Of a stretch of 64,000 nucleotides of DNA, positions 23,880-37,499 are shown one piece after another. Below the pieces are notes generated by a model that was given only the letters and a program-made list of their open reading frames with translations, made no database searches and had not been told where the DNA came from. Source of the stretch: Mobula hypostoma (Eukaryota); the NCBI RefSeq assembly GCF_963921235.1, contig NC_086097.1, positions 128,590,001 through 128,654,000 on the forward strand, in the 5' to 3' direction. A program made the position numbers and the translations under genes. Position 1 is the stretch's first letter. Each line of letters starts with the position of its first letter.

Positions 23880-26210
23880 CTTCATCCCTAATAATGGACT
23901 CCAACATCTTCCCAACCACTGAAGTCAAGCTAACTCGTCTATAATTCCTTGTTTTTCAGCCCCTTCTTAAAGAGTGGAGTGATTCGTTCAATTTTCCAGT
24001 CCTCCAGAACCATTTCAGAATGTAATGATTCTTGAAAGGTCTTTACTTATGTCATGGTCTGGTCCGTGAAGTCCGCTTTCTGGTTCACGGTCTGGTCCAT
24101 GGACTCAGGACTCCGGGTCTTCCAGTTGTCCCTTGTTTGGTTGAGTTAATTGTAGCCACCTGATTCCCATCTTGAGACTTGGAATATAAGTAGCCTCGGG
24201 GTTGAGAGTGGGCTGCTGGTTTGTCTTGCCAGTCCCCCTTGGAGCAACCTGCTGATAGAAGGCCAGTGAAACCATTTGTGATCTCTAGGGCTGGTTGGAG
24301 GACCACTGCTTCATGGAGCCTTGTTGCCACTTGTTGGAGTAGTCTTTGTGGTATGGATTTGGCTGTTTCCTGGGCCAGCTGAGTGGCTGCCAGCCACTCT
24401 GAGCTAGGTAGGGATCTGGATTTTTCTGTAGCCAGTGGAGGTTGCTGGCTGTAACTGACTTGGAGCAACCCTGAAGCAGAGATGGAACTATCTGTTTTTC
24501 TTTGGTGTTTGTCTCTTCTTGTCCTTGTCTCTGTGGGGTAAGTCAGGCTGTTCTGCTGTTGCCCTGTGGGGGGTCATGTCTTGTCTTGTCCATGCCTTGG
24601 GTAAGTCATGCTGTTTTGCTGTTGCCCTGTGGGGGGACATGTTTTGTCTTTGCCTCTGTTGGGTAAGTCTGGCCATTCTGCTGTTACCCAACAGATGGAC
24701 CTGTCCCACCTTGGTGTGGAGAGGTTGAGTCCTGGCTTGTCTAAGTATAAATCCTGGCTCTATGTTTATGTGTTGTCCTGTCTCATGTTGGTGTTGTGTT
24801 AATGATGAGTCCTGGCTTTTCGAAGGACAAGTCCTGCCTCTATGTTGATGTTCAGTTCCCAGTCGGTCTGTCAGCTCCAGCTTCTGAGTTATCAGCCTCT
24901 GCATTTCAAGACGTAGATCCCGCAGCCTGCGAGCCCCGAGGGCCCAAGCCTGGAGGATCCCGCAGCCTGTAAGCCTCAAGACCCAAGACCCCAGCCATGT
25001 CCTGTCCTGAAGCCATGTTATGTCCTTGCCTGGTTCTGGGGTCTGAGCCAGAGGCAAGACCCGGGTTCTGGGTCCTTGTCCAGTCTTGGGCTTGGAGTCG
25101 AAGCCTTGTCTCCTAGTCCACGGTTTCTAGTCCAGGTCCCGCTTTCCCTAGCCCAAGTCTCTGTTCTTGTCCCTGCTCCTGGTCTGAATCCTGTCACATC
25201 CCTTTTCTAGTCAAGTCCCGTTCCTTGTACTTCAGTGTCTGTGTCTTGCATTTGGATCTGTTCCCAATGCCCCCATTGTGACAACTTATGCCTCCACAAT
25301 CTCCTAAGCTACCTCTTTCAGAACCCTGGGGAATAATCCATCCAGCCCAGGAGACTTACCTACCTAACCTTTCATCTTCCCAAGCACCTACTCCTTAGTA
25401 ATAGCAACTATATTCATTTCCATGGCCCCGCCCCCCACCAATACACTCAAATTTCTGGCACACTGCTGATGAATTCCATGGCAAAGACTGATGCAAAATA
25501 CTTTTCAAGTTCATCTGCCATTTCTTTGTCTGCCACTACTGCCTATCCAGTGTAATTTGCCAGTGGTCCAATATCCATTCTACCTTTCTTTTAGTCCTTG
25601 TACAGTATATCTGGAAAAAAGCTTTTGATAACCTCTGTTATATTGCAGGCCTGCTTCCTGTCTCTGTATCTGTATCTGAAAATATTTCACCTTTACTTCC
25701 TTATTGTTTTTTTGTTGCCTTCTGTTGGTTTTTAAAAGCTTACCAGTCCTCTAGATCCCACCAATTTTTGCTATATTTTATGATCTTTTTTGCTTTTATG
25801 CTCCTTTTGACTTCCCTTGTCAGCCACAGTTCCCTGATCCTCTCTTTAGATTACTACTTCTTTCATGGGATGAATCTATCTAGCTGATGCAATTAGCCAA
25901 ATGTCCTAATTCTGCTCCTATGTCTTGTGGTCTATCCTGTGCCTTCAAAATTGCTCCAGCCATTGGTATTCTGCCATCATCCCTGCTAGTGTCCCCTTCC
26001 AATCAACTTTGGCCAGCTCCTCTTTCTCCTCTGTAGTTTCCTTTACTCCATCATCATACTGATTTCAGCTTCCCCCTCTCAATCTCTATAGTGACTTTTA
26101 TCATATCATGATCATTGCCTCCTAAGGATTCCTTTCCCTTAATGTCCCTAATCAAATCTGTTTATAACTCAACATCCAATCTACAGTGGGCTCAACCAGA
26201 AGCTGCTTAA
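23880..26210 (-). mobile_element. Decayed CR1 ORF2 fragment, interrupted by the LTR at 24050-25283
   Basis: Minus strand NYR.VSLTSVVGKMLESIIRD at about 23880-23945 and SPGLDGL.PRVLKE at about 25310-25360. Confidence 0.75.
24050..25283. mobile_element. Solo LTR or non-autonomous LTR-type element (Gypsy-like)
   Basis: TGTCA…TGACA inverted termini; 5-bp TSD ACTTA at 24045-24049 and 25284-25288; internal tandem repeats; no recognisable protein. Confidence 0.8.
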
Positions 26211-26262
26211 AAATAAACCTCTACTCTTACTTTTAAGGTATTCTTGCATTTGAAGTCTCAGA

Positions 26263-26782
26263 TATCTGAGGAAAGACATCCTTGCCATAGAGGGAGTACA
26301 AAGAAGGTTCATCAGATTGATTCCTGGGATGGCAGGTCTTTCATATGAAGAAAGACTGGATGAACTGGGCTTGTACTCGTTGGAATTTAGAAGATTGAGG
26401 GGGGATCTGATTGAAACGTTTAAGATCCTAAAGGGATTGGACAGGCTAGATGCGGGAAGATTGTTCCCGATGTTGGGGAGGTCTAGAACGAGGGGTCACA
26501 GTTTGAGGATAAAGGGGAAGCCTTTTAGGACCGAGGTTAGGAAAAACTTCTTCACACAGAGAGTGGTGAATCTGTGGAATTCTCTGCCACAGCAAACTGT
26601 TGAGGCCAGTTCATTAGCTATGTTTAAAAGGAAGTTAGATATGGCCCTTGTGGCTACAGGGGTCAGGGGGTATGGAGGGAAGGCTGGGTTCTGAGTTGGA
26701 TGATCAGCCATGATCATAATAAATGGCGGTGCAGGCTCGAAGGGCCGAATGGCCTACTCCTGCACCTATTTTCTATGTTTCT
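26263..26782 (+). mobile_element. Young CR1 3' end
   Basis: Open ORF2 C-terminus 26317-26694 (RRLRGDLIETFK, RTRGHSLRI, FFTQRVVNLWN); TTCTATGTTTC tail. Confidence 0.95.
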
Positions 26783-27319
26783 TCACTTGCTCCCTCTTTT
26801 ATCTTCACTCTCCCTTTCTTTTGCTTCTCTTGCTTTCTCCATTACTTTGTCTCTTCCTCTTTCTCTCTATCCATTTCTGTTTCACCTTTCCTTTGTAGCT
26901 CTTTCTCTGTCTCTCTATCACTGTCTGTCTGTAAGTCTTGCATCTACACAAGCTAAAGCAATATGGTTTCTTTCTACTTAGTGCCTGCTTCTAAGCACAC
27001 TACGGGGTATATTAGTGTAATGGTTAAATTACTGGAGTCCAGACCACTGAACCAGAGTGAGTTCAAATCCCAGCACAGCAGTTGGATAATTTAAATTGAA
27101 GTAACTAAAGAAGAATGTGGAAATAGAGATAAAAAAAGAACCAGTCACAGTGTAGTTACTCATAAACTTATTAGCTTGTCATAAAAATCTATCTGGTTCA
27201 AGTAGAATCACTGAAATTTAAGTCATAGTTATGGATCATGAGGCCTATATTGTCAATGACAGTTAAGTTGGAGAAGTCGAGACTATCCCACCATCCAACT
27301 GCAGCCAGCACATCTCCGA

Positions 27320-28800
27320 GTTTAAAGTAAATTTATTATCAAAGTTTCCATTTACAATCTTGAGATAGTTTCTAGCAGACATTTACAATGAAAAAAGAAA
27401 TACAATAGAATTTTATGAAAACCTATACATCAACAAAGACTGACTAATAACCAAAGTGCAAAGGACCACAAACTGTGCTAATGAAAATAATACTGAGAAC
27501 TTGAGTCGTTAAGAGTCTTTTGAAGTGTCTGTAGGTCTGAGAATCAGTTCAGAGTAGTGGTGAATGAAGTTATACACGCCGGTTCAGGAGCTTAATAGTT
27601 TAGGTTAATAGTTGATGGTATGGGGCGTAAGGTTTCTATATAGCCTTGTATATCAGTATAGAAACGCTATACAGTAGTCATGTACTGCTATAGTGATGTG
27701 GTGATTATGGTTGTGCATGTTGCTTCACGATGCTGAAAGGAAGTAACTGTACTAGAACCTGGTGGTGTGGGACTTTGTTTCTGTACTTCCTGCCCGATGG
27801 TAGCTGTGAGAAGATGGGATGGACCAGATGGTGGGGTTCTTTAACAATGGGTGTTGTCTTGAGGCAGCACTTCATGTCGATATGGCCCATGGTGGGACAA
27901 ACAATCCAAACTGCCACTCTGGGATGGATTAAACAGCCACTTCATTTCCAGCCTCCTTGCCCACACCAGTCTGGCGACTATGAAAAAGTTCAGATTCATT
28001 AGTAAAACAAGAACGTTCAAGCTTATTGTCATCTGACTACATATACTTATATACAATCAATCGAAACAATGTTCCTCCAGACCACGGTGCACCCACACAT
28101 AAACCAAAATATTACACTATAAATAAGTTAATAAAACATAATGCATGTAGTAAAGTCTCATTGTCCTCGTGATGAGATGTTGGTGGTGGCATAGCATTGA
28201 GCCCCAGAGATGAGTTTACCCACCAGCCTCTGAGGGATGATCGTATTAAATGTTGAGTTGAAGTTGATCAAAAACATCCTGGCCTCATTTCCTAGGTGGG
28301 ACAGAATGGAATGGAGGGCTGAGGCAATGACATCATTAGTGGACTAGTTTGAGCAATAGGCAAACTGTAAAGGGTCCAGTGTAGCTGGAAGGTGGGATTT
28401 TATAAGATCCATTACCAGCCACTGAAACATAGAAACATAGAAAATAGGTGCAGGAGTAGGCTGGTGCAGGCATTTCACGATTGCTGAAGTCAATGCCACA
28501 GGGCGACAATCATTAGTGTAGCTCTCTTGGACACAGGAATGATGGTGACTGCCATGAGGCCTGGAGGTACAGTGGACTGTTTTGGAGAGATAGTAAAGAT
28601 ATCTGTTAAAACTTCTGTTAGCTGGGCCACACAGTCCCTAAGCATTTGGCCAGGTATGTTGTCCAGCCCTGCAGCTTTGCATGTGTTTACCCTGGTTATG
28701 GTCTTCCTCACCCTGGCTGCAGCCAGACAGGGTGCCTGTTCCTCAGGAAGAGAAGGGGTTTTCCTCGATGCCATGTCATTCAATTGGTCAAATCGTGCAT
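27320..28800 (-). mobile_element. Cluster of decayed Rex1/Babar fragments
   Basis: KAAGLDNIPG…LTDIF…IIPVSK and PHHLVHPIFSQLPSGRKYR on the minus strand. Confidence 0.7.
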
Positions 28801-28809
28801 ATCAGGAAG

Positions 28810-29180
28810 GGAGGTGTTGCTGAAGCTATCAAAGTGTAAAACCTCACATTTGTCTGCATTAAATTTTATCTGCCATTTTCAGCCTGTTTTTTCAGCTGGT
28901 GCAGATCCCACTGCAAAGCATGATGGCCTTCCTCACTGTCTACTACACTCTGAAATTTGGTGTTGTCAACAAATTTGATGATTCAGTTAACCACATTATT
29001 ATCCAGTACAGTAGATGACAAATAACAATGACCCAGCACCAACTGCTGTGGCACACCAATAACCACAGGCCCCCAGTCAGAGAGGCAACCCTCTGCTACT
29101 GCTCTATGGTTTCTCCCACAAAGCCAATGGCTAATCCAATTTATTACCTCAGATGTAGACAGACAGACCTTCTCCACAGA
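28810..29180 (-). mobile_element. CR1 RT fragment
   Basis: WISHWL…GVPQQLVLG motif on the minus strand. Confidence 0.65.
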
Positions 29181-30723
29181 TCTTGCCGGAGGTCGCAGCA
29201 TTTCTGTCCACTCATAAGGAGATTAGGCCTTCTAGTTGAGTGGCTGAGTCAAGAATGGTGTCTTGGACAACTCTCCTGCTGGTTCAGATGCAGAAGCAGG
29301 TAATCCAGTTTGCTTTCCAGCGATCAGACATTAGCAAGTGGAATCGACTGGAGCATGGGCCTGCAGGGATCTGCTTCAAGTCTCGCTTTAATAGTGACAA
29401 GCTAACTGTATTTTCTGTGTTCGAGTGTACCACTTCCAATGGCTGCTTTGCTGAGTAGATGTAGTAGACAGCAGCACAGAGCTAGAGCCTGCTCCTTGCT
29501 TTAGTCTATCACTGCATCGCACCTTCATTATTCCTCTTGCTGGTGAGGTAGACTTGCAGACTTTAGTGTTTTTAATGTTCGGTCATAGTAAAGATAACAG
29601 GACAAGAAATATCACTGTTGTTTGAAGCTGGAGTGGCTGCTGCATCTGTGAATGCTGTCATCTTGTGACATAAAGAGCTGGAAATTCTCAAGTGGTCAAG
29701 CAGCACTCAGTGGGGAAAAGTTAAAGCTAGCTTTGGTGTCAACGCCCATTCACTGGACTGGAGTCTGCAGATGCTGGAATTTCAGTTCAACAAGCAGTAA
29801 CGTGCATCAAGGAGGAGATACAGGAGCCTGAAGACACAGACTTAACATTTCAGACATAGCTTCTTCCTCTCCGCCATCAGATTTCTGAATGAACAATGAA
29901 CCCATGAACACTACCTCACTTTTTTATTCTGTTCTATTTTTGCACTACTTAATTAAAGTGAATGTATTTCTTATTGTAATTTATTTTTTTCTATTATTAT
30001 GCGTCGCAATGCACTGCTGCCACAAAGAAAACAAATTTCACGCCATGTGCCTGTGATATTAAACCTGATTCTGAATAACCTGGAGGAACTCAAGGAGTCA
30101 AGCAGTATCTGTGGGAGGAAAGGAACGTTTGGGGTTGATTGTTGTTTCACCAGAATGAAGCAGGAACTCTACAGTGCTACTTTGGCACCAAGGAAAGTGT
30201 TAAGGCATCAAACATGTTTTTCAATATCATTATGAGAAGACACTTTATATTTCCTTAAGATGCACTTCAGAAACAATCTGACTAAAGCCCGACTGAAGAC
30301 TCCTTTGAAACATGCCGGTACTTTTAAAGATTTTCGACAGTTTCAGCAGATTTTTTTTCTCCTCAATTTTGACTGACGATGTTTCAGAAAATCGTGACAG
30401 TCTGCTCCAGAGCTCACACGCTCCTGAATTATTTAACATCAGCATTCAGCTTCACCTTTGAAACTAGATAAAAGAAGGCAGCTCAGTGCTGTGAGAATAT
30501 CTGTGAAGATGTTGTTTTTAAAGCAGGGGGAAGCAGAGAGCTGAAGAGTTGTTTCCATTTTAGTTAACCCTAGCACATTAGCCGATGCTGCCACTCTTCT
30601 CCTTTAACCTATGTGCCACATGTTAAACTGTCTTTGATTTCTTCATCAAATTCTCTTGACCTTTCATAATCACATGCAGTAGCTGACCATGCTGTACTTT
30701 CTCTCTTGTAATGAGCGGCATCA

Positions 30724-31954
30724 AATCTAGACAGCAAAGGTGCATACATCAGGATGCTCTTTATCGATTATAGTTTAGTATTTAGTACTATCATCCCCTT
30801 AAAGTGAACCAGTAAACTCCAAGACCAGCGCTTCAATACCCCCTTGTGCAATTGGATCCTGGATTTCCTCGCTCGGAGACCCCAGTCCATTCAAATTGGC
30901 AAAAACGTCTCCTCCACAATCCCCATCAGCACAGGAGCATCACCAGGATGTGTGCTTCACCCCCTGCTCGACGCGCTTTACACCTGTGACTGTGTGGCTA
31001 AGTGCAGCTCTAACACCATATACAACTTTGCTGATGACATCACTGTTGTGGACCGTATCAAAGGGGGTGATGAATCAGCATACAGGATGGTGATCGAATA
31101 TTTGACTGAGTGGTATTATAATAACAACCTCTCACTCAATGTCAATGTGACCAAGAAACTGATTGTAGACTTCAGGAGAGGGAAACCAGAGACCCATGAT
31201 CCAATACTCATCGGAGGATCAGAGGTGGAGAAGGTCAATAACTTTAAATTCCTGGGTGTCTCTGTCCTGAGCCCATCATATCAATATAATTGCAAAGAAA
31301 GCATGACAGTGCCTCTACTTCCTCAGGGGTCTGTGGAGATTTGGTGTGTCATCACAAACCTTGGCAAACTTCTATAGATGTGTGGGGGAAAGTGTGCTGA
31401 CCTGTTGCATTACGGCCTGGTATGGGGACACCAATGCCATTGAGCAGAAAATCCTACAAAGGGTAGTGGATTTGGCCCAGTGCATCATGGGTAAATCCCT
31501 CCCAACCAGTGAGCATACCTACATGAAACATTGCCACAGAAAAGCAGCATCTGTCATCAAAGATCCTCACCACCCAGGCCATGCTCTTTACTCACCACTT
31601 CCATCAGGTCAAAGGTACAGATGCCTCAGAACCTGCACCATCAGGTTCAAGAACAGTTCCTACCCCTCAACCATCAGGCTCTTGAACAAAAGAGGATAAC
31701 TATACTCATTCTACATCTGATGTTCCCACATCCGACAGTCTCACTTTTAAGGACTTTATCCTGTTATTTCATGCTCATTATTTATTGCTACTTATTTATA
31801 TTTGCATTTGCACAGTTTGTTGTACATTGATCCTGTTTACAGTTACTGTTCTATAAAGTTGTTGAATATGCCAGCAGGAAAAAGAAACTCAGGGTTGTAT
31901 GTGGTGACATGTATGCTCCCTGATAATAAATTTCACTTTGAAATTTGAACTTTG
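30724..31954 (+). mobile_element. Rex1/Babar LINE RT and 3' end
   Basis: [46 protein letters not shown]; (TTTGAAC) tail. Confidence 0.92.
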
Positions 31955-32449
31955 ATACATATAAGTCATAAGGAAGAACAGTTATTAGAAACTTTGAGAG
32001 AATGGGACCTTAATCTACTGTTCGTAGGAATGTACAGAAGTCTCACTCTTCAATTTAATTTCTATGGAAGCTCTATGTATGAGTGTCCTGAAGTTAGGTG
32101 TTTGTAACCAGAGTATAGCCAATATTATCTTTAAAAACTTCAGAAAACAGTGCTGGGATAAGTGCTTACTTTTACTTCAATGTTCATTTTCAACCACCTA
32201 TCCTTTCATCTTCATTTTCAAATTGCTCACTTAAGTTCTGATTACATTTTCATATTATGATTGAGGATCTTTCTTAAATGTTGTAGAATTCATTACAAAG
32301 ACAAATGGCTTACAGAGATTATCAAACCATTTCTACCTCAGCTAATTTGCAGCATTCGAGTTTCAATTTGTTGACTATCCATTTGCTACAGGTGGACTTC
32401 ACACTGTTGAAGTAAAATCAACACCAAAGACAAGCACTGAAAAGATAAT

Positions 32450-33155
32450 CATGAGAAAGTCTGCAGATGCTGGAAATTCAAAGCCACATATACAAAATGC
32501 TAGAGGAACTCAACAAGTCAGACAGCATCTATGGAAATGAATAAACAGTTGATGTTTCGGGGAGAGACCTTTCATCAGGACTGAAAAGGAAGGGAGAAGA
32601 TGCCAGAATAAGAATATGAGGGGAGGGGAAGGAAGACGGTGATAGGTGAAGTCAGGTGGGTAAGAAAGATAGAGTTGGAGAAGAAGGAATGTGATAGGAG
32701 CGAAAAGTGGACCATTGGAGAAAGGGAAGGTGGAGGGGACCTAGGTGATAGGCAAGTGAGAGGACGTAAGAGGCCAGAATGGGAAACAGAAAAAGAGGGA
32801 AGGGAGAGGAAATTTTTTTTTTGCCAGAAGGACAGATCGATATTCATGCCATCAGGTTGGAGGCTACACAGACGGAATATAAGGTGTTGCTTCTCCACCC
32901 GAGGCTGGGCTTTTCTTAGCACAATTTTCGAATAGGAAAGGGAATGGGGCGAAAAATGTTTAGCCACTGGGAAGTCCCTCTTTCGGCAGGTGGAGCAGAA
33001 GCAGTCCCTCAATTTATGACAGGGCTCACCAGGGTGGAGGAGGTCACACTGGGAGCACTGGACACAGTAGACAATTTCACAGGTGAAGTGTTGCCTCACC
33101 TGAAAGGTCTGTTTGAGGCCCTGAATGGAGGCGAGGGAGGAGGTGAATGGGCAGG
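32450..33155 (-). mobile_element. Older PLE 3' fragment (GIY-YIG and 3' UTR)
   Basis: IQGLKQTFQVRQHFTCE, VAKHF, LQPDGMNID; hammerhead remnant near 32547-32583. Confidence 0.88.
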
Positions 33156-33244
33156 TTGGAAAGATAGGGCACCCAAAGGAAACCCATGCTGTGACAGGGT
33201 AGATGCACAAACTCCACATGAACAAGACACAAGGTCAGGACTAA

Positions 33245-33808
33245 ACTCACCTCAGGAGTGTATGCTTAGCCCACTCCTCTACTGTCTCTGTACCCATGAC
33301 TGTGTAAGAAGATCTAAAACAAATAGCATCTATAAATTTGCAGATAGTATAATCTTTGTTGGTAGAATATAAGATGAAGATGAGAGGGCATACAAGAGTG
33401 AGATATACCAGCCAGTTGAGTAGTGTCGCAGCAACAACCTCGCACTCGATGTCAGTAAGACCTATGATCTGATTGTGGATTTCAGGAAGGGTAAGACAAG
33501 GGAACATGAACCATTCCTCATTGAGGGATCAGAAGTGGACAGAATTTCAAGTTCCTTGCTGTCAGAATCTCTGAGAATCTAACCTGGTTCCAACATATCA
33601 AGACAACTATAAAGAAGACAAGACAGTAGCTTTATTTCATTAGGAGTTTGAAAAGATTTGGTTTATCACCTAAAACACTCAAAAACTTCTATAGATGTAC
33701 CATGGAGAGCATTCTGACAGGCTGCATCACTGTCTGGTGGGGTAGGGGCTACTGCACTGGACCAACAGAAACCACAGAAAGTTGTAAAATCGGTCAGCTC
33801 CATCTTGG
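33245..33808 (+). mobile_element. Rex1/Babar fragment that resumes at about 36056-36255 after a CR1 insertion
   Basis: PQECMLSPLLY, YKFAD, NFYRCTMESILTGCITVW. Confidence 0.8.
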
Positions 33809-36055
33809 TGTCAGGTCTCTCAGTGGGAGAGTATTTTGGAGATAGTGATCACAATTCTATTTCCTTTACCATAGCATTGGAAAGGGATAGGAACAGAGAA
33901 GTTAAGAAAGTGTTTAATTGCAGTAAGGGGAAATACGAAGCTATCAGGCAGGAACTTGGAAGCATAAATTGGGAACAGATATTCTCAGGGAAGTGTATGG
34001 CAGAAATGTGGCAAATGTTCAGGGGATATTTGCATGGTGTTCTGCATAGGTACGTTCCAATGAGACAGGGAAAGGATAGTAGGGTACAGGAACCATGGTG
34101 CACAAAGGCTGTTGAAAATCTAGTCAAGAAGAAAAGAAAACCTTATGAAAGGTTCAAAAAACTAGGTAAGATAGAGATCTAGAAAATTATAAGGCTAGCA
34201 GGAAGGAGCTTAAGAATTAAATTAGGAGAGCCGGAAGGGGCCATGAGAAGGCCTTGACGAGCAGGATTAAGGAAAACCCCAAGGCATTCTACAAGTGTGT
34301 GAAGAACAAGAGGATAAGAAGTGAGAGAATAGGACTAATCAAGTGTGACAGTGGAAAAGTGAGTATGGAACCAAAGGAGATAGTGGACGTATTTAATGAA
34401 TACTTTGCTTTAGTATTCACTACAGAAAAGGACCTTGGTAATTGTGGGGATGACTTACAGCAGACTGAAAAGCTTGAGCATATAGACATTAAGAAAGAGG
34501 ATTTTCTGGAGCTTTTGGAAAGCATCAAGTTGGATAAGTCACCAGGACCGGATGAGATATAACCCAGGCTACTGTGGGAGGCGAGGGAGGAGATTGCTGA
34601 GAATCATCAATGGGGACGGGAGAGGTTCCGGAGGATTGGAGGGTTGCAATTCCCTTATTCCAAAAGGGAGTAGAGATAGCTCAGGAAATTATAGATCAGT
34701 GAGTCTTACTTCAGTGGTTGGTAAGTTGATGGAGAAGATCCTGAGAGGCAGGATTTATAAACATTTGGAGAGGCATAATATGATTAGGAATAGTCAGCAT
34801 AGCTTTGTGAAAGGCAGGTTGTGCCTTACTAGCCAGATTGAATTTTTTGAGGATATGTCTAAACACATTGATGAAGGTAGAGAGGAGATGTAGTGTATAT
34901 GGATTTCAGCAAGGCATTTGATAAGGTACCCCATGCAAGGCTTATTGAGAAAGTAAGGAGGCATGGGATCCAAGGGGACCTTGCTTTGTGGATCCAGAAT
35001 TGGCTTGCCCACAGAAGGCAAAGAGTGGTTGTAGATGGGTCATTTTCTGCATGAAGGTTGGTGACCAGTGGTGTGCCTCAGGGATATGTTCTGGGACCTC
35101 TTCTCCTCGTGATTTTTATGAATGACCTGGATGAGGAAGTGGAGGGATGGGTTTGTAAATTTGCTGATGACACAAAGGTTGTGGGAGTTGCGGATAGTGT
35201 GGAGGGCTGTCAGAGGTTACAGCAGGACATCGATTGGATGCAAAACTGGGCTGAGAAGTGACATATGGAGCTCAACCCTGATAAGTGTGAGGTGGTTCAT
35301 TTTGGTAGGTCAAATATGATGGCAGAATACAGTATTAATTTTAAGACTCTTGGCAGTGTGGAGGATCAGAGGGATCTTGGAGTCAGAGTCCATAGGACAC
35401 TCAAAGCTGCTGCACAAGTTGACGGTGTGATTACGAAGGCATATGGTGCATTGGCCTTCATCAACCATGGGACTGAGTTTAGGTGCCGACAGGGAATGTT
35501 ACAGCTACATAAAACCCTGGTCAGACCTCACTTGGAGTACTGTGCTTATTTCTGGTCACCTCACTGCAGGAAGGATGTGGAAATTAGAGAAAGGGTGCAG
35601 AGGAGATTTACAAGGATATTGCTTGGATTGAGGAACATGCCTTACGAGAATAGGTTGAGTGAACTTGGCCTTTTCTCCTTGGAGTGACAGAGGATGAAAG
35701 GTGACCTGATAGAGGTGTACAGGATGGTGAAGGGCATTGATCATGTGTCAGAGGCTTTATTCCCAGGGCTGAAGTGACTATCACAAGAGGGCACAGTTTT
35801 AAGGTGCTTGGAATTAGGTACAGGAGTAAGTTTTTTACTCCGAGAGTGGTGAGTGCGTGGAATGGGCTGCCAGCGACTATGATGGAGGCGGACAGAATAG
35901 GGGTTTTGAGGGGCTCCTGGGTAGGCACATGGAGCTTAGAAAAATGGAGGGCTATGGATAACCCTTGGTAATTTCTAAAGTACATGTTCGGCACAGCATT
36001 GTGGGCCAAAGGGCCTGTATTGTGTTGTAGGTTTTCTATGTTTCGATGTTTCTAC
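33809..36055 (+). mobile_element. CR1 LINE (end of APE, linker, RT, 3' UTR), same family as 1-1398
   Basis: GDSDHN, KENPKAFY, KSPGPD, GVPQG.VLGP, KFADDTK; same 3' UTR as 1200-1398. Confidence 0.95.
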
Positions 36056-37499
36056 CTTGGGTACTAGCCTCCATAAGTATCCTAGACATCTTCAAGGAGC
36101 TGTGCCTTCGAAAGGCAACATCCATTATTCAGGGCCCCCCTCACCCAGGGCATGCCTTCTCCTCATATTATCATGCGTTCCACTGTACTGCTGCTACTAA
36201 GTTAACAAGTTTCACGGCACATGCTGGTGATAATAAACCTGATTCTGATTCAGATCAGTCACGGAGTCATTGACCTATTCAGCATGGATTCAGGCCCATT
36301 GGCCCAACCAGTCTATGTCAAACCATATTGTTCGCTGCAAACAATTTTCTGTGTTTGGCTCAAGTTCCTCCAAACCCTTCCCCTCCATGTACCTACCCAG
36401 GTGCTTCTTAAATGGTACTATTGTACCTGCCCCAATGACTTTTTTGGCAGCTCATTCCATATACTCTGCATGAAGAAGTTACCCACATGTCCCTTTCAAA
36501 TCTTTCCCCTCCCACCCTAAATCTATACCCTTAGTTTTGGACTTCGGTGTCCTAGAGAAAAGAGTATATTATTATCCACGTTGTCTATGCCTCACATAAA
36601 TCTAAACACTTCAATAACGTTACTCCACATTCTCCTATGTTATTCTATGACTGATCCTGCATCTCTGGTGCAGTGGAAGTGCTTCTGTTCAATGTTCTTA
36701 ACTGTTTTACATGTCCTAGAGCAATTGTCCTGCACCTGTCTTTGGAGGGCTGCACAGTAGATATGCAATGTAAATCAGGGAACTGAATAAAACACCATCA
36801 CAGGCTCTTTTGTCTCCTCGACGCCTGGGGTAGATTATCGCTTTTGACATTGATACATGGAGCTGTTAATACTGTTCTATCAGCATCTAGTGACAACTTC
36901 AAAACCCCTTGTGTGCTACAATACTTCTATTTTTCCCAGTCCTCCCCACTTGTAGAATGGTAAAGGAAAGGAAAGATTCAGACCTGTTTTTAATCAGAAG
37001 TTCTTTGCTCATTGTAGTACTATTGCAAACATTATTGCAACTGAGTTTCCATTCATGTATGAGAGGGTCAACTGTCCAAACCTGTCCCTAAAATAATCAC
37101 TCTCTTTTTGTTCCCACAGTTATGTTCTTTCTCATTCTTTTCTATGCAGCATATACATGTATCTCACAATCTTATCTGCGTATGCAGGTTTGGCCTTGCA
37201 GGTGAATGACAAAGAACTTAAGTATGTTTATGACTACTTGCTCAAATCATAAAATGCAATAGTTCAGATAGAGATATTTGGCCCTTGGTTGAAGTTCTAC
37301 TGTGCTTCCATTCATGTTTACAACGACTAGAAGGAGACCTTTCATCCCATTGAGTCTATGCCAGCTATCTGAGTATTATGATCAATCCCTTTCACCCAGA
37401 TATTTCCCTGTAGCCTGTTCTTTCTCACATGCCTAAGACCATTCTGATTTAAAATGGCACTGGTGAAGAGTGACTACTTGCTGGAGGCCAATAAAACAA

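Noticed and set aside
24488..25057. 189-aa minus-strand ORF in the LTR-like insert
   Set aside because: Arises from tandem repeats; no gag, pol or env motifs.
27010..27080. tRNA gene (TAGTGTAATGGTT…GAGTTCAAATCCC)
   Set aside because: No cloverleaf can be folded; better explained as a decayed tRNA-derived SINE head.
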